A stretch of DNA of 62,966 nt, the filler included, from Rhabdomonas costata (lineage: Eukaryota), in the NCBI GenBank assembly GCA_019059605.1. It is 27 parts of 27 records of this genome, joined end to end, with 100 filler letters (N's around TTAATTAATTAA, not from the genome) between each part and the next. Parts side by side here need not be neighbours in the genome. Positions count along the whole stretch, not along the records: positions 46,732 to 48,965 come from JAHMHO010004647.1; positions 49,066 to 51,299 come from JAHMHO010004648.1; positions 51,400 to 53,633 come from JAHMHO010004649.1; positions 53,734 to 55,967 come from JAHMHO010004650.1; positions 56,068 to 58,300 come from JAHMHO010004651.1; positions 58,401 to 60,632 come from JAHMHO010004652.1; 21 more parts are not named here. The stretch is one strand, 5' to 3'. Positions within the stretch are counted from its first letter, which is position 1. Each line of letters begins with the position of its first letter. Below are positions 48,704 through 60,554 of the stretch, in pieces. The translations under genes and the position numbers were made by a program. Below the pieces are notes generated by a model. The model was not told the origin of the DNA, did no database searches, and saw nothing but the letters and a program-made list of their open reading frames with translations.

Positions 48704-50484
48704 TGCAGAACGGAAAAAAAAAAGAACTGACAAAACTAAATTTCATTGAACCTATGGTATAGTCCTCCCCCGGAAAGTCCTACTTGCACCATGACCTTCC
48801 CTGGCTCGCTTCTGAAGTCTCCAGGGGGCCACTAAAAAGAGTCATATTTAGCCTAAACCACCCCCAAATACCCCGAATTTATCAGAATCAGAAAAGCCCA
48901 AAATAGGCAAAATTTGCTCATAAAATAGCAGCTGTGTCAATTTCGTCCCTTCATGCCCCCAAAACNNNNNNNNNNNNNNNNNNNNNNNNNNNNNNNNNNN
49001 NNNNNNNNNTTAATTAATTAANNNNNNNNNNNNNNNNNNNNNNNNNNNNNNNNNNNNNNNNNNNNTGTGGTTGTGAAGCCCTCCCCCAAAAAAGAAAACG
49101 CGTTCACTTCTTTATTTTAGACGCTGTCGTGCAGCTTCTTTTGACACCTGTGATGAAAAGGAACTTAGCCAGAAGCCCGCAAAGTTTTGCGCCATGACTT
49201 GGCCACACCGTTGTGGAAAAGGCGACAGATGGAGTGCTGCGCTGACGCAGCCAACCATCTTGTTGAAATAACGCACCTTATCATACATACCTTATCAAAC
49301 ATGGAAGTAAGATTTCTCAAAAGTTCTTGGAAAGGTCACAATTTTACAAATCGGAGGTATTCATAATTTTCTAAATCTTCACTTGGGTCGTTCGGCGCGT
49401 TCTTTTTTTGCGCAGTCGAGGCGTAGAGAGGACACCCATATTCTTACACCCTTACTCACCCATATGCTTACACCCATATTCCGCGTTTTTTTTTCGCATC
49501 ACTCGTTCAACATGTTACATATGTGATGATTACCCTCCAAGGTTATCAAGCCGACAATTCGTTGACGGAGAGATGACAGCAGGAGAATAGAAACACCTGT
49601 GGGAAGTCCCGCAGCTGCTGGAGCCGCGGAGCTGGCAGCGGGGTGGCGTGGTGGAGTCTCTGCGCTGCCGTCAACTTTGCGCTGTGCCTGACCGTCCATG
49701 GTGTGAAACTCCTATCAACCCACCAAATTGCATGCAAAAGTCCGTCAAGTCGACCGGGGGGGGGGGAGTTCCAAACCGCACCCCTTGCCTTGCCTCCAAG
49801 TGAAGTGTTCTCGTTCGCACTTGGCGTGCACGGCCTCACGTGAGGTCAGGGCAGCTTAGCTCTGCCTGAACCACAAAACTGATGCGCAAAGCTTCGCACG
49901 CGCAATAATGATTCAGGTGACGTGCCAAGTACGTGGTAATGTGGGTGACCAAAGAGATGAGCGCGCCCAGTGCTTGGTGCTTGCATTGGAATGAGCAGGA
50001 ATGCTTCGAGTTGGTTGCAGTTCAGCTGAGGCCCGGTCCGAGGGCCGCAACGTAATACAACAAATACATACAGCGATACCAACCCCCAGCAAACCATTTC
50101 GAAACGCACCCCTGTGTCTCGGATCCCTGGAAGGATGAATCGCCCTTTGATTCTCTTCTAAACCTTCTCTTCAAATTATAGAGAACCGCAGCAGCCTTCT
50201 ACCCACGTGTGCATCCTGCACTAGCAGATGCATATTCACGTTTCAAATGCTTCCTAATCTTCTGGACATTGGAAAATATTAACTGAACGCGACTGCGGAG
50301 CCAGAATAAGCGTGGTCACAGATGTTGTTGAAGCGAGGGAGACCTTTCTGCAGCAGCCATTGACGATTCCCAGCAGACTCTGCAGGGTGCCGTCTTGTTG
50401 CTCGATCAGTGCCTGCTGTCTCGCAACCTTTTGATAAAAAATCATGTGGCACAGCGGCAAGGAGACACGTCGCAATGTGATTTC

Positions 50485-50575
50485 TTGTGATGTGACGTGG
50501 TGTGATGCAATGCGATGTGATACGAGATCAGATCACATCAGATCAGAGCAGAGCAGAGCAGAGTAGAGTAGAGAA
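50485..50575. repeat. Drifting pentanucleotide microsatellite
   Basis: Unit series TGTGA, TGCGA, TACGA, GATCA, GAGCA, GAGTA. Confidence 0.85.
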
Positions 50576-53500
50576 GGTGTACCTTAGGTCCTAGAGGATA
50601 AGGGGCACCCCATGATCAGTGTGTATGCGGCAACAATCGTCTTGAGAAGTAAAGGGAGGTGGAAGAAGTGCGATATCGGTCTGGTCTGTTTTGGGAGGGG
50701 GGAGCCTTACACCGTATACGGGTATTACACCGTTATACGGTCATGGGGTGGTGTATCAAAAAACAATTTTTGGCCTTTCTGTGGTCTTTCACGTTGGTCA
50801 GTATTGGTAGGAAATCATTCCTTGCTGGACTTTAGCCAACAAAACGGAAAGGAGTAGTTTAGGGGCGGAAGCCATCTGACGCCGCGGCTGGAGCGGGCGG
50901 CTGAGGCAGGGACGTTGCCTGGGGGGTGGATTTCAATACGACGTGGCGATACACGTCAAACCGAAGCATGCACACTGGTGTCTAGGTAGGCCGGGCCCCG
51001 TGTGGTTAAGTTTCGTCCTCCGTTGTGAAACAACTTCATATCATATAAAGGCGTTATACCGTATAACGCCCCCCAAAAAAATAGATCGGACGCAAGAAGT
51101 GAACAACCAGACCTGGGCATCATACTCATCTACCTTAGCCTCGAGCGAAGCCACCTGAGAGAAGCATACAGAGATGCCAGGGGAAATTCATCCTCACACA
51201 TCCTTTCAACCAGAGGCATATGCGGAGCACGTTTTAGTTAGACTGATTGAGCCTCAAAATGGACAGGTTTGGCTCATTGTGGCTCTTTTGCTCATCGTTN
51301 NNNNNNNNNNNNNNNNNNNNNNNNNNNNNNNNNNNNNNNNNNNTTAATTAATTAANNNNNNNNNNNNNNNNNNNNNNNNNNNNNNNNNNNNNNNNNNNNT
51401 CCAAAGCCGCAGGCTGCGTAGGACACAGAGGGGCGGGGCGACGCTTGGTGTATGCCCCACTGTGAGCCGGAGTAGTCATTGTGGTTGTTGGTGTGACGTT
51501 TCGCTGTCAATGTCGAAATGATAACATATGGGAACACAGCTGACCAGAAACCAATCCGTTCCAAGAACACACCTTGCAACTTCCCAAAAATCTTGCACCT
51601 AGCAAAGCCCCAAATCGCACGGAAACGTTCTCCGGTTGCCTCATCACATGAAGAGGGGCGGTAATCTAGCTGTAGCTGGGAGACCTGAAGCATATATTAC
51701 TTTGAATCATAGAGGGCCCACCCCAAAGTTATCCCCGAAATCACCGCGTAATCAAAAGTCCCCAAAAGTCCAATGAGATGCTCAACTGAGAAAATTAAAC
51801 GACCGTTCCAAGACATCGTCAAGACGCACAAATCGGTCCCTCATAAAACATCCCGTTGGGTGTGGGCTCGAAGATGGGAAAGTCGAAAGGTAACCAAACC
51901 CATTCAACTCTCAGGGGAATAGGTGGTCGGGCCAACTTGAAATGTCGTCTGGGGTCATTATTTTTCTGTGGTGGGTGCTCTTTCGTCTCACCCGAAACAA
52001 AGAGCAAAAGGAGACGTCTTCAGTTGAAATAAAACAAAAAAAATGATTACGCTCAGTCGTGTTTGGCTTGCTTGAGCAACGTGCAAAGTGGGTTAGGCAT
52101 TGGGAAGGGGAACACAATGCTCCCGTCTCCCCCCTTCGTTCCAATTTCTCGGTCTGAAGGCTTAGGGGTATGAATGAATGACTCCATATTCCATTCCATC
52201 GGGTTCCCCGACATACGCCTTTGGAGGATTGCTGAAGGCTGAAGCAGTACGGACAACCACATCAGTGGATGCGAAGGGAAGCACGCGCACTGCAACTTGC
52301 AAAACAAAAGAGAAAGAGAGAAAGAAAAAAGACACAGGGTGGGGGGGCACAGGCACACGAAGCAGCAAAAAAAATTCCTCAGCGCGGATTGAATGGAGCA
52401 CAAGCCAGAGATCAGGTTTCTGGCAAGAAAGTATATACGCGCTTGAAGATGCTGAATACGACAGAGACAAAAACCCATGTTGGGCATCATGACATAAAAA
52501 GACCTTGAAAAAGACGCACTCGCACTGAGAGCCCGCGCATCCGCACGTGACCACAACGCGTGTAACTGCCTGCACAACACCTTGAGCACAAAAGTGGAAC
52601 GGGAAGCCATCTAAACAAGTACGAATGCGTGTACAGACAAGTTTGTGTGTGTTTCGCGTGTCGTGGGTATATACAGAGGAGACTCTTTTGGCCAAGAAAA
52701 GGGTTCAGAGACCGGATGCCTGAATCACCGTGACAGGCTGAGTGGCAGGCCGCACCCCAGCCTCCCCGTTCACAGAGCTCTGTTCGCGGTCCTCCTCTTT
52801 TGGGACACAACCCCATGTATGTTTCAGGAACGAAGCAGCGCTAAACTTCTGCAGGCATGGTTTCGGTGTCGTGGGGTGCAATGGAGATGGAGACTGAAGT
52901 GGTGACGGTGAATAGCGCGGGTGGGGGGTGGGGGCATTCAGGAGCACACAATTATCCTCTCACCACCTGCAACTCCGGATCTGCTGATGTGCGCGTAAGT
53001 ACTCTCGTAACATGCGCAGAAACGGTCTGACGGCGGGGGTAGTACCGCGGGTGTGAACGAAACCACACCCCTCCGCTGCAACTGACATATGCCGCTGCAG
53101 CCGTAAGGGATTGAAAAATGCTCTGAGACTCGCCTTCGCCAACCGACAGAGAAGTCAGCGCCGGAAAGCGAGTGCTTACACCCTCGGAGCGGTCAAGCCC
53201 AGACGTCATCACGGGAAGTATATTCGCAGAAATCGGAGAGCAGGGCAGAGAGAGAGAAGAGCTAGCACGTTGCTCGCGCGAAAGACGCTACCGGTTGGGG
53301 AGGGGGGGAGAGAGACAGAAAAGGACTGGATGAGGTGTTTCTGTATGTCTATGAGGATCTAAAACCAACCAATACGAGTACCACCCCGAACCCCCACGCA
53401 ACTGGAAGCGGAGGAGGGGCATACAGCGGACAAACGCATCCGTGGCAAGAAGGAAGGAGGTGTCGGGAAGAGACGAGGAGGCGGGGGGGCAAGGGCTCAA

Positions 53501-53733
53501 ATGAAGAGCAGGGAGCTCAAGTGGAAAAGAGAGCGGCACAACGGTCATGCGCACGAAGACGGCAGGGAGCCGAGGGAAAAGACCCTCAAAGAAAGAAAAA
53601 CACGGGAGAACGGGACAGCAGGAGGTCAGACACNNNNNNNNNNNNNNNNNNNNNNNNNNNNNNNNNNNNNNNNNNNNTTAATTAATTAANNNNNNNNNNN
53701 NNNNNNNNNNNNNNNNNNNNNNNNNNNNNNNNN

Positions 53734-53851
53734 CCACACCACAGCGTCGTCCGGGCCGATCAGGAATCCAATGGAGATCACGCACAGGCGGCCCCCTCCA
53801 CCTGCGGCAGCCCCAGGTAGGGCTACCTCAACAGGGGTCCACCCATCCTCA
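53734..53851 (-). CDS. Internal exon of an Nbp35/Cfd1 (Mrp family) Fe-S scaffold NTPase
   Basis: CAG acceptor, then SEDGWTPV...LCVISIGFLIGPDDAVVW (family: GW.PV...L.vmS.GFll...DDAViWRGP). Confidence 0.85.
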
Positions 53852-53943
53852 CTGCGAGAGGATGAGAAAAAGAGATGTCGGTCTGCGCAAAAACCCACAA
53901 ATCGAAGCGTTCCGCCCAGTTGCTTTTCGGCTTTGGGGGGGGT

Positions 53944-53996
53944 CCTCCAGACCTGCACCGTTTGTCAAGGGGTGACCCATGGTGCAGGTCTGGAGG
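53944..53996. repeat. Hairpin with perfect 16-bp arms
   Basis: CCTCCAGACCTGCACC...GGTGCAGGTCTGGAGG with an inner GTCA/TGAC stem. Confidence 0.9.
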
Positions 53997-54547
53997 TCCG
54001 CTGAGAAATGAGTGCTGCGGACCCCGCAACACGACAAAGAGAGGAACTCATGGTAATCTGCATTGCTTTTGCTGGATTTTATGCCTCTCTGCGGAAAAGC
54101 AATCCCAATTCCGCGTCCAGCAATTCAAGGTGACCTTTCACCACCCAACAGAAGCCAAACGACGTTTTGCAGAAGACGGAGGAGACTTAAAATTAATCGA
54201 ACCTAGTGCTTTAAAAACACTGCGTGCGGTGGCGGCGCCAGTCCTTATTTAGCACGCATCTGATCGGAAAGAGCAAGCCCACAGGTCAGTGCAAGCACTG
54301 TAGCCGTCGATTGGCGGATTGAATGCACCACCAACCTAATGAGGAAATAGTGGTAAAGAATAGGGAGAAATGCTGCAGGACAGCTGCATGCGAGATGGCT
54401 ACGAACACAAGCAACAAAAGACAAAATGTACACACCACCTGTGTCCTGTGGAAGAAGCAAACATGGTGCACGCAAGATCGAGATAGTACAGAAGAATGGA
54501 GAGGCTGCGTTGCATAGCATCGTGAAGACTCAGGATGTAACAAAGCA

Positions 54548-55947
54548 TCAGACAGTGGGTTCCTTGTACATCAGCCCGAGCTTCTCACAGATGTAGCGAC
54601 CCGCTGTGGTGGGGGGCTGGCTACCTCCCTGAAGGTCTGCCAAAGGGGTGACGTCGGCGTCGTAGTCGGCGTTGCAGAAGAACACGCACGAGTGGCGGGG
54701 CTGGCGCTCCGCGGCCTCCGCGATGAATACCCGGTGCACGGTGGAGCGGAACAGCCCGCCGGACCAGAACTGCATCAAGTCCCCCAGGTTCACCAGCAGA
54801 GCGCCAGGAAGCGGGGGCGCAGACAGCCATGCACTCGGGTCCGCGTTGGCTGCGAGGGCAATGACACAGGACAGCTGGCACCATTATTAGCGACGGGAAG
54901 TGAACTTCAGTTTGCTCCCAACCACACTCCAGGACCTCATTTTGCATTGCAACCCCTCCACTCAATGCACAAGTCTGAGAACCGGCATGGATAAGATAGA
55001 AATCAAAACTAAAAGGGTCTTCGCCCCTCCTAACTATCATTGTAAGCGGTGGTGAGGAAAGAAAATTTTTGATGGTTGTTTTTGTTTAATCTGAAACTCA
55101 GAGAGTTTCGTCAGTTTCGGGTCTTTTGCCTGTTCTTCTTTGTGTTTTACGCGAAAAATGGCGTTCCTGGTCTGCGAAAAGCGAAGTCTGGAACAACTGC
55201 CCCAGGGTACGCAGCACACGACCATTGCAGTGTGGAGGGAGGAGAAGAGAACGCACCGCTATCAGTGCGACGCCGCACCTCCAACCCAGGAACGTCATCC
55301 TGAGCCAGCACGGTGATCAGCCCACAATCCGTGTGCTCTCCACAGCCGACCCGGCTGCGGGCCACTGCGGCATCGGGTGGGGGAGGGTAGCGGAGCAACA
55401 GCAGCTGGGACACCGGGTCCTTCATCCTTTGCTCAAAGAAGCCCTCGGGAAGCTCCAGCGCCAGAGCAAGTCCTCGAGCCAGGGCTCGGCAAAGCCCCAG
55501 CTGAGCAGTGAAGTACCGGGACACGGTCTCCTTCCAGGAGCACGGGAGAAGGTCTTCCGCGGGCCAGGGGTTCGGCCCGTGCATGGGAGAGGAGGACCCC
55601 TCGGCGCCAAGCAGGAAGCTCTCCTTGAGGTCCGGAGCGGTTCCCCCGGAGGTGCAGTTGTGGGCACCGCCTATACCAGTCCATCCACGGTGCAGAGGAG
55701 ACAGTGTGGCGGCGAGCTTGACCTGCTTCTGCTCAGGAGGGAGATCAAATAGAGCTCGGGCAGCAGCAATCAAAGAGAGGGACAGGGATTGTAGCTCAGC
55801 GGGGAAGCCACGGATGTAGAAGAAGCCCCACTCCATGCAGGCCGCGCGAAGCTGGGCGGCGGTGGCGGCCTTCGCCGCGGGGTCACCGGCCCCCTCCCCG
55901 AAAAAGAGCGGGGCGATGTCAATGACAGGCAGGGACTCGGCGGGCAT
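54548..55947 (-). CDS. 2OG-Fe(II) oxygenase, IPNS/DIOX_N family, complete (exons 55947-55257, 54849-54548; 330 aa)
   Basis: LPVIDI, ACMEWGFFY, DLKESF, GPNPWP, HTD, VNLGDLMQFWS, STVHRV and RHS; spliced length 993 nt, in frame. Confidence 0.95.
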
Positions 55948-56363
55948 TTCGGAGGATGGACAACCAANNNNNNNNNNNNNNNNNNNNNNNNNNNNNNNNN
56001 NNNNNNNNNNNTTAATTAATTAANNNNNNNNNNNNNNNNNNNNNNNNNNNNNNNNNNNNNNNNNNNNGAAAGGTGGGAGCCCAGGGGAAAGTGGACCTCG
56101 AGTCCTCCCCAGAAAAAATTGATCCTTGCCAAGTCCACCAACTGTGTGTGTGATGTGTGTGCTTGTGTGAAGTGCGTCCTTCTGCTGTGCAGCCGGCTGC
56201 CCACCGTGGCAAGGTCTCATGCTCTCTCAGTCGACGGACAGAAATCGTGCCTGCATTCCTTGCCGGTTGTACACCTGAAGAAGATCGTCCTTTTTTGTTG
56301 TAATTTTCCGTGGTCTTTTCTTTTTATGTGTGTGTTTGGGTGCATGTGTGTCGGTTGCTGCAG

Positions 56364-57811
56364 GAGGGAGGGCGGAGCGGGCTGACGTCGGTGGTGACGG
56401 GGAGCCTTTTCCTTGCTGGGTGGCCACAAACCCCCCTGTTCGCCAGCATCCCGCAGATTGCCACCGGGCCGGTGCTGCTCCTGGTCGGAATTCTGATGAT
56501 GAGTGGCGTCGGTCTGTGAACATTTACCCAAACAAACACACATTGCGCCTTGGCGCGGTGTGCTGTGGCGTCCTTGTGCTGCTTGTTCTGCACACCTGTT
56601 GGTGTTTTGGCGCGTTCACGGTGCTGCTGTTCGTGCTCGACGACACGACGGGCATTGGGGCCGAAAAGCAAACAGTAACTCTGTTGTTTGTGCAGGGGGG
56701 ATTCCGTGGGATGATCTAAGCATCGCCCTGCCCTGCTTCCTGACCATTGTGCTGATGCCATTCACCATGGACATCTCATCTGGCATCATTTATGGTATGG
56801 TCCTTGCGCCCAGCCCCCCCCCCCGCCTTCCCATTTTGCCTTGCCTTTCTCATTTGAAAGCACGGGGGCCGGGCTATATCGGTTGCTTTTCCTTCTCTTT
56901 CTGTGTTCTTCTTTTGGGGAAGCCCTTAAATACCGTTTTGGTGTGTGGTTTTAAGCACGTTTCCCTGAAGGATTCCAGCCGGGCTGGTTTTGGGCATCAC
57001 TTCAGTGGTCCGGTCTCTTGTATGCGGGGGAGTTAAACGCTTGGCACCGCATCGGTCGTGAATTTCCTAACCCCCTTAAATTATACTATGTCTGTCCACC
57101 GGACAGAAGACCATTATAAGGATAGTTACACCACAAAGCTCAGAACAGCGTATGTGAAGTATTTCAACGTGGAGTCGTCAGACCCTATATGAATATAATT
57201 GCCATCGTCTTCAGCAGGATGATTATGTGGTCCCGCGATTCCCCCTGCCATTTTGGCTTGCACCCATGTCAAGAAAGTCTTGTTTTATGTTGCCGCAGGG
57301 GCGAGAAAATTTCGAATTTTGCACCCAGCGGGAATCATCACGCATCATCACGCATGCAGGCTGTGTGGAGCGTGGTACTACACGGGTACACGGGTAGGTT
57401 TTCTCCTGGTAAAAAAGCAAGAATTCTGCGGTAGGGTGTAACGTACTGTACCTAACCCCGTTTGCTAACATAAATGCATTTAGAGGTAGTCAGGGTACCA
57501 AAGAGACCTGGCACTGTTTCAGAGGTAGTTTTAGAGGTAGTTGATGTAGAAACAGTTTGCCTAACCCTCGGGCCCTTCAAACACCCTCTCCCCATCCCGG
57601 GGTCCGATTCAGGTCGTTTAACGTAACGTCCCAGCCCATCCGCCCGCTCCTTCACCACGACAAGTGTCCCAGTGCGTTCGGTGCACTAATGTATTCTTGT
57701 AGAAGGCAATGCCCTCGGTTTTGTTGGTCAGGTCTGCTGGTGTACGCGCTTCTGCGGATGGACTACGGCTTGCAATTGGTCCACAAATGGCTGTGGGGCG
57801 CCTCACCTGTG
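56364..57811 (+). CDS. AzgA-like (NCS2) purine permease, C-terminal exons (56364-56511, 56696-56794, 57732-~57811)
   Basis: EGGRSGLTSVVTG, PLFASIPQIATGPVLLLVGILMM and IPWDD...PCFLTIVLMPFTMDISSGIIYG|LLVY. Confidence 0.9.
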
Positions 57812-58400
57812 GTACAGAGAGATTGCGTTTTTTTTTCAAAAGCCCCATGCATCCCCTTGACCTCCACAGTGTGCACAACAACAGATGGTGCTTTGCGTGT
57901 GAAAAAGACAAGCCAATAATCTTCGAAAAGACCTTAAAAAGGAAAAAGGCAGAAGCAGAAAATGTATGGCACTTGCTGGTTTTGATTCTCCACCCCAGCT
58001 TCATTCAACCAAGCGCTCAAGTTCCCTTCCCAAACCTAGATTTCGTTTTTTCCTCTGCAGTCGCCAAATGTGTCATCCTGTCTCCTGTTCCCCTAACGAA
58101 ACGTAGTGTAGGGTAGGGTTTAGATACGAGAAAAACGGGAAAATGTCATGTCCGTGTGTGTGTGTGTCTGTGCGTGTAGACTTTTTCTGAGCTTTTTTTT
58201 TGCGCGAAGTAGTCGGCGTTTCAAGCCTCCGTAGGGCCTTCAAGCCCCAGGTTTGTGGGGGTGGGCTATCCGATGGAAAAATTCCGGGGCAAAAATTCGA
58301 NNNNNNNNNNNNNNNNNNNNNNNNNNNNNNNNNNNNNNNNNNNNTTAATTAATTAANNNNNNNNNNNNNNNNNNNNNNNNNNNNNNNNNNNNNNNNNNNN

Positions 58401-59029
58401 CACGTACCGAGGTTGAGCATCCGAGCAATCCTTTGGAGCAGAATATTCCGAACAACCGGCGGCCGCAGGTGGCCCTGAAAAAATACGCCAATGCACCCAC
58501 CCACCCACATACACTCATTGACTCTGCTGACCATCTGGAAAAAAGCTCTGTGACGATGTGGCGATGGAACCTTCCGGACAACTCCGATCCTTTTTGGCAC
58601 TGCTTCTGTGCATTAAGGATGGCTGTTTGCAATGACGCTACTCTCTATGCTTCTGTGCCCAGTAAGTTTAGGCACGCCGTGTAATCTCGTGATGCGCTGA
58701 AGCTGTTGTTGTCAGTGTGTTCAAGGTGGGAGCCCTCACAGAGCCCTTGCGAACAGCCCTTGCGGCGGCGGAAGAGAAAGTAAAAGTGATTGCGGTGAAA
58801 ATAATCGCTGAGACAAAAATGAGGCTCGAGGCAATGATCGAAAAAAAAAAGATGGTTTCGCGAACCCTGTCTCAAGTAAAAACAAAACCAGAGCCATCTT
58901 CGCACGTACCGAGGTTGAGCATCCGAGCAATCCTTTGGAGCAGAATATTCCGAACAACCGGCGGCCGCAGGTGGCCCTGAAAAAATACGCCAATGCACCC
59001 ACCCACCCACATACACTCATTGACTCTGC
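58401..59029. repeat. Exact 127-bp direct repeat (58401-58527 = 58903-59029)
   Basis: Base-for-base identity starting at the first base of the contig. Confidence 0.95.
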
Positions 59030-60143
59030 GAACTAACTGTACTCAGACAAAGCCGTGCAAACCGGGCGGAAATCAATCTGTTTCCTGCCGGACAGAAGGG
59101 CAGACGTATACGAGAAAAGAGGGATCGCAGATCGCATCATACTTGGGTAGGACCTGCGGCCGGCGCATGGTTGACGAATATCGCAGCTGTCTTCGCCTCT
59201 AAGGTCCAGTGTAGGCAAGAACGCCAAGGAAACGAAATTCGGATCCCGCCGAATGAAGCTGTGGAGAAGAAGAACGTGATTCCGCCACAAAAACATTCCG
59301 GGTGGCAGCTGTAATCACAACATCCCATCGCACACCCCGAAAAGCAAATTGAACTCCCAGGACAGAAAAAATCCCCAGGCTCGCGACTGCGTCTCCCACG
59401 GAGAAAATCCCTAAAAATGAAACAAAAAACGCCAAGGAGAAATAAAAAGCTTCTTGTGAGTGGTGAACCGAACATGATAGTTAGTGCAGAATCGACCTCT
59501 GCGGAAGCCAAGTCTGAAGGATCCCCGTCGAAATCTTTCCACAAACTGAAAAGACACCCGATCGCAAGGAACACCAATGCTGAAAGAAATCAAGAATGCT
59601 GGAACCGGAAGGCAACGGGGAGGGGGGCTAGGGTGCACATACCCTTCCAAAAAGTCGAACGATGAACCCCTCGAGTAGAGGGATAATCATTTCCAATCAA
59701 AACGAAGCAGAAAAGGCATAAAAACAAAGCTGTGCTGCACATCATTATCACTCGTCACCAACCATTGCCTCTTCGGTTTGAATTCGGGACAGTTTTGCAT
59801 GTTCTTTTTCGGAGTTGAGACGAATTTAGAAGTAGGGGTAAAGAGTTTGTTGAAGGAAGAGCCATCGCCAGGCACTGGAGATGTTTTGAACCTATACAGC
59901 GTTAAACTCACTGCTCGAACGAGCTCAAGCATGAGGACAGAAGGATCGCAAAGATTAACGATTTGCCGGAAAGCAATATTGTTATCCGCACCGAAAGTAA
60001 CAGAAATCACCGACTTAAGCTGAGTTTGTCGTCGCTCGCCACGCGGCTCTTCCTCAAAAATGAAATTGACGTACTATCTCCACTGAACCATGAGCAAGGA
60101 CAACATCACACCAATTACTCTCGAAGGATCAGTTGCAAGCAGG

Positions 60144-60554
60144 CTAAGCTTGGGAGGCTGCCTGTGTCCTGAGATGATTCAGCAGAGCAGGGTTCACATC
60201 GCCAACTTCCTTGTACCCCAAAAAATAGTTCACGTCCACCACAACCACCTCAGGAAGAGGTGGAGAAGGGTTTGCACATGCTGGCCGCGAGAACGGCACG
60301 ATGACGTCGAAGCCGAACAGGCTTAATCCCAGAACGTTCCGCATTGTCGTTCCCAGTGCGGTCAAAACCGAGGCTGTGCCGGAGGCCAATCCAGGAAGCT
60401 CGGCATTCGGAAAAAGGGGGAGCGCGGTGTTGACGTCCAGAGGCCCAGGCTGACCGCTGGACTGGCTGTCAAAGTTGGCAGGCACGCCAGACTCAACGGA
60501 AACAGGGGGTGAGCTGCGGCGGGCAACCCAGGACTGAGATCCGATAATGTAGAC
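60144..60554 (-). CDS. ITPK1: Inositol 1,3,4-trisphosphate 5/6-kinase (ATP-grasp), terminal exon
   Basis: VYIIG...NFDSQ...LGLSLFGFDVI...VVVDVNYFLGYK; TAG stop. Confidence 0.88.
   Translation of the reverse strand, partial: VYIIGSQSWVARRSSPPVSVESGVPANFDSQSSGQPGPLDVNTALPLFPNAELPGLASGTASVLTALGTTMRNVLGLSLFGFDVIVPFSRPACANPSPPLPEVVVVDVNYFLGYKEVGDVNPALLNHLRTQAASQA

Noticed and set aside
49432-49482. CACCCATAT/TTACACCC repeats as a CRISPR-like array
   Set aside because: Short degenerate tandem repeat without unique spacers
33039-55947. An iron/redox gene cluster (ferrochelatase, Nbp35, 2OG oxygenase, plus TrxR elsewhere)
   Set aside because: Apart from the Nbp35 exon and the oxygenase, the genes are on separate contigs ordered only by length
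58178-58205. ACTTTTTCTGAGCTTTTTTTTTG as a spliced-leader exon
   Set aside because: Only vague low-complexity resemblance, with no adjacent GT donor or Sm site
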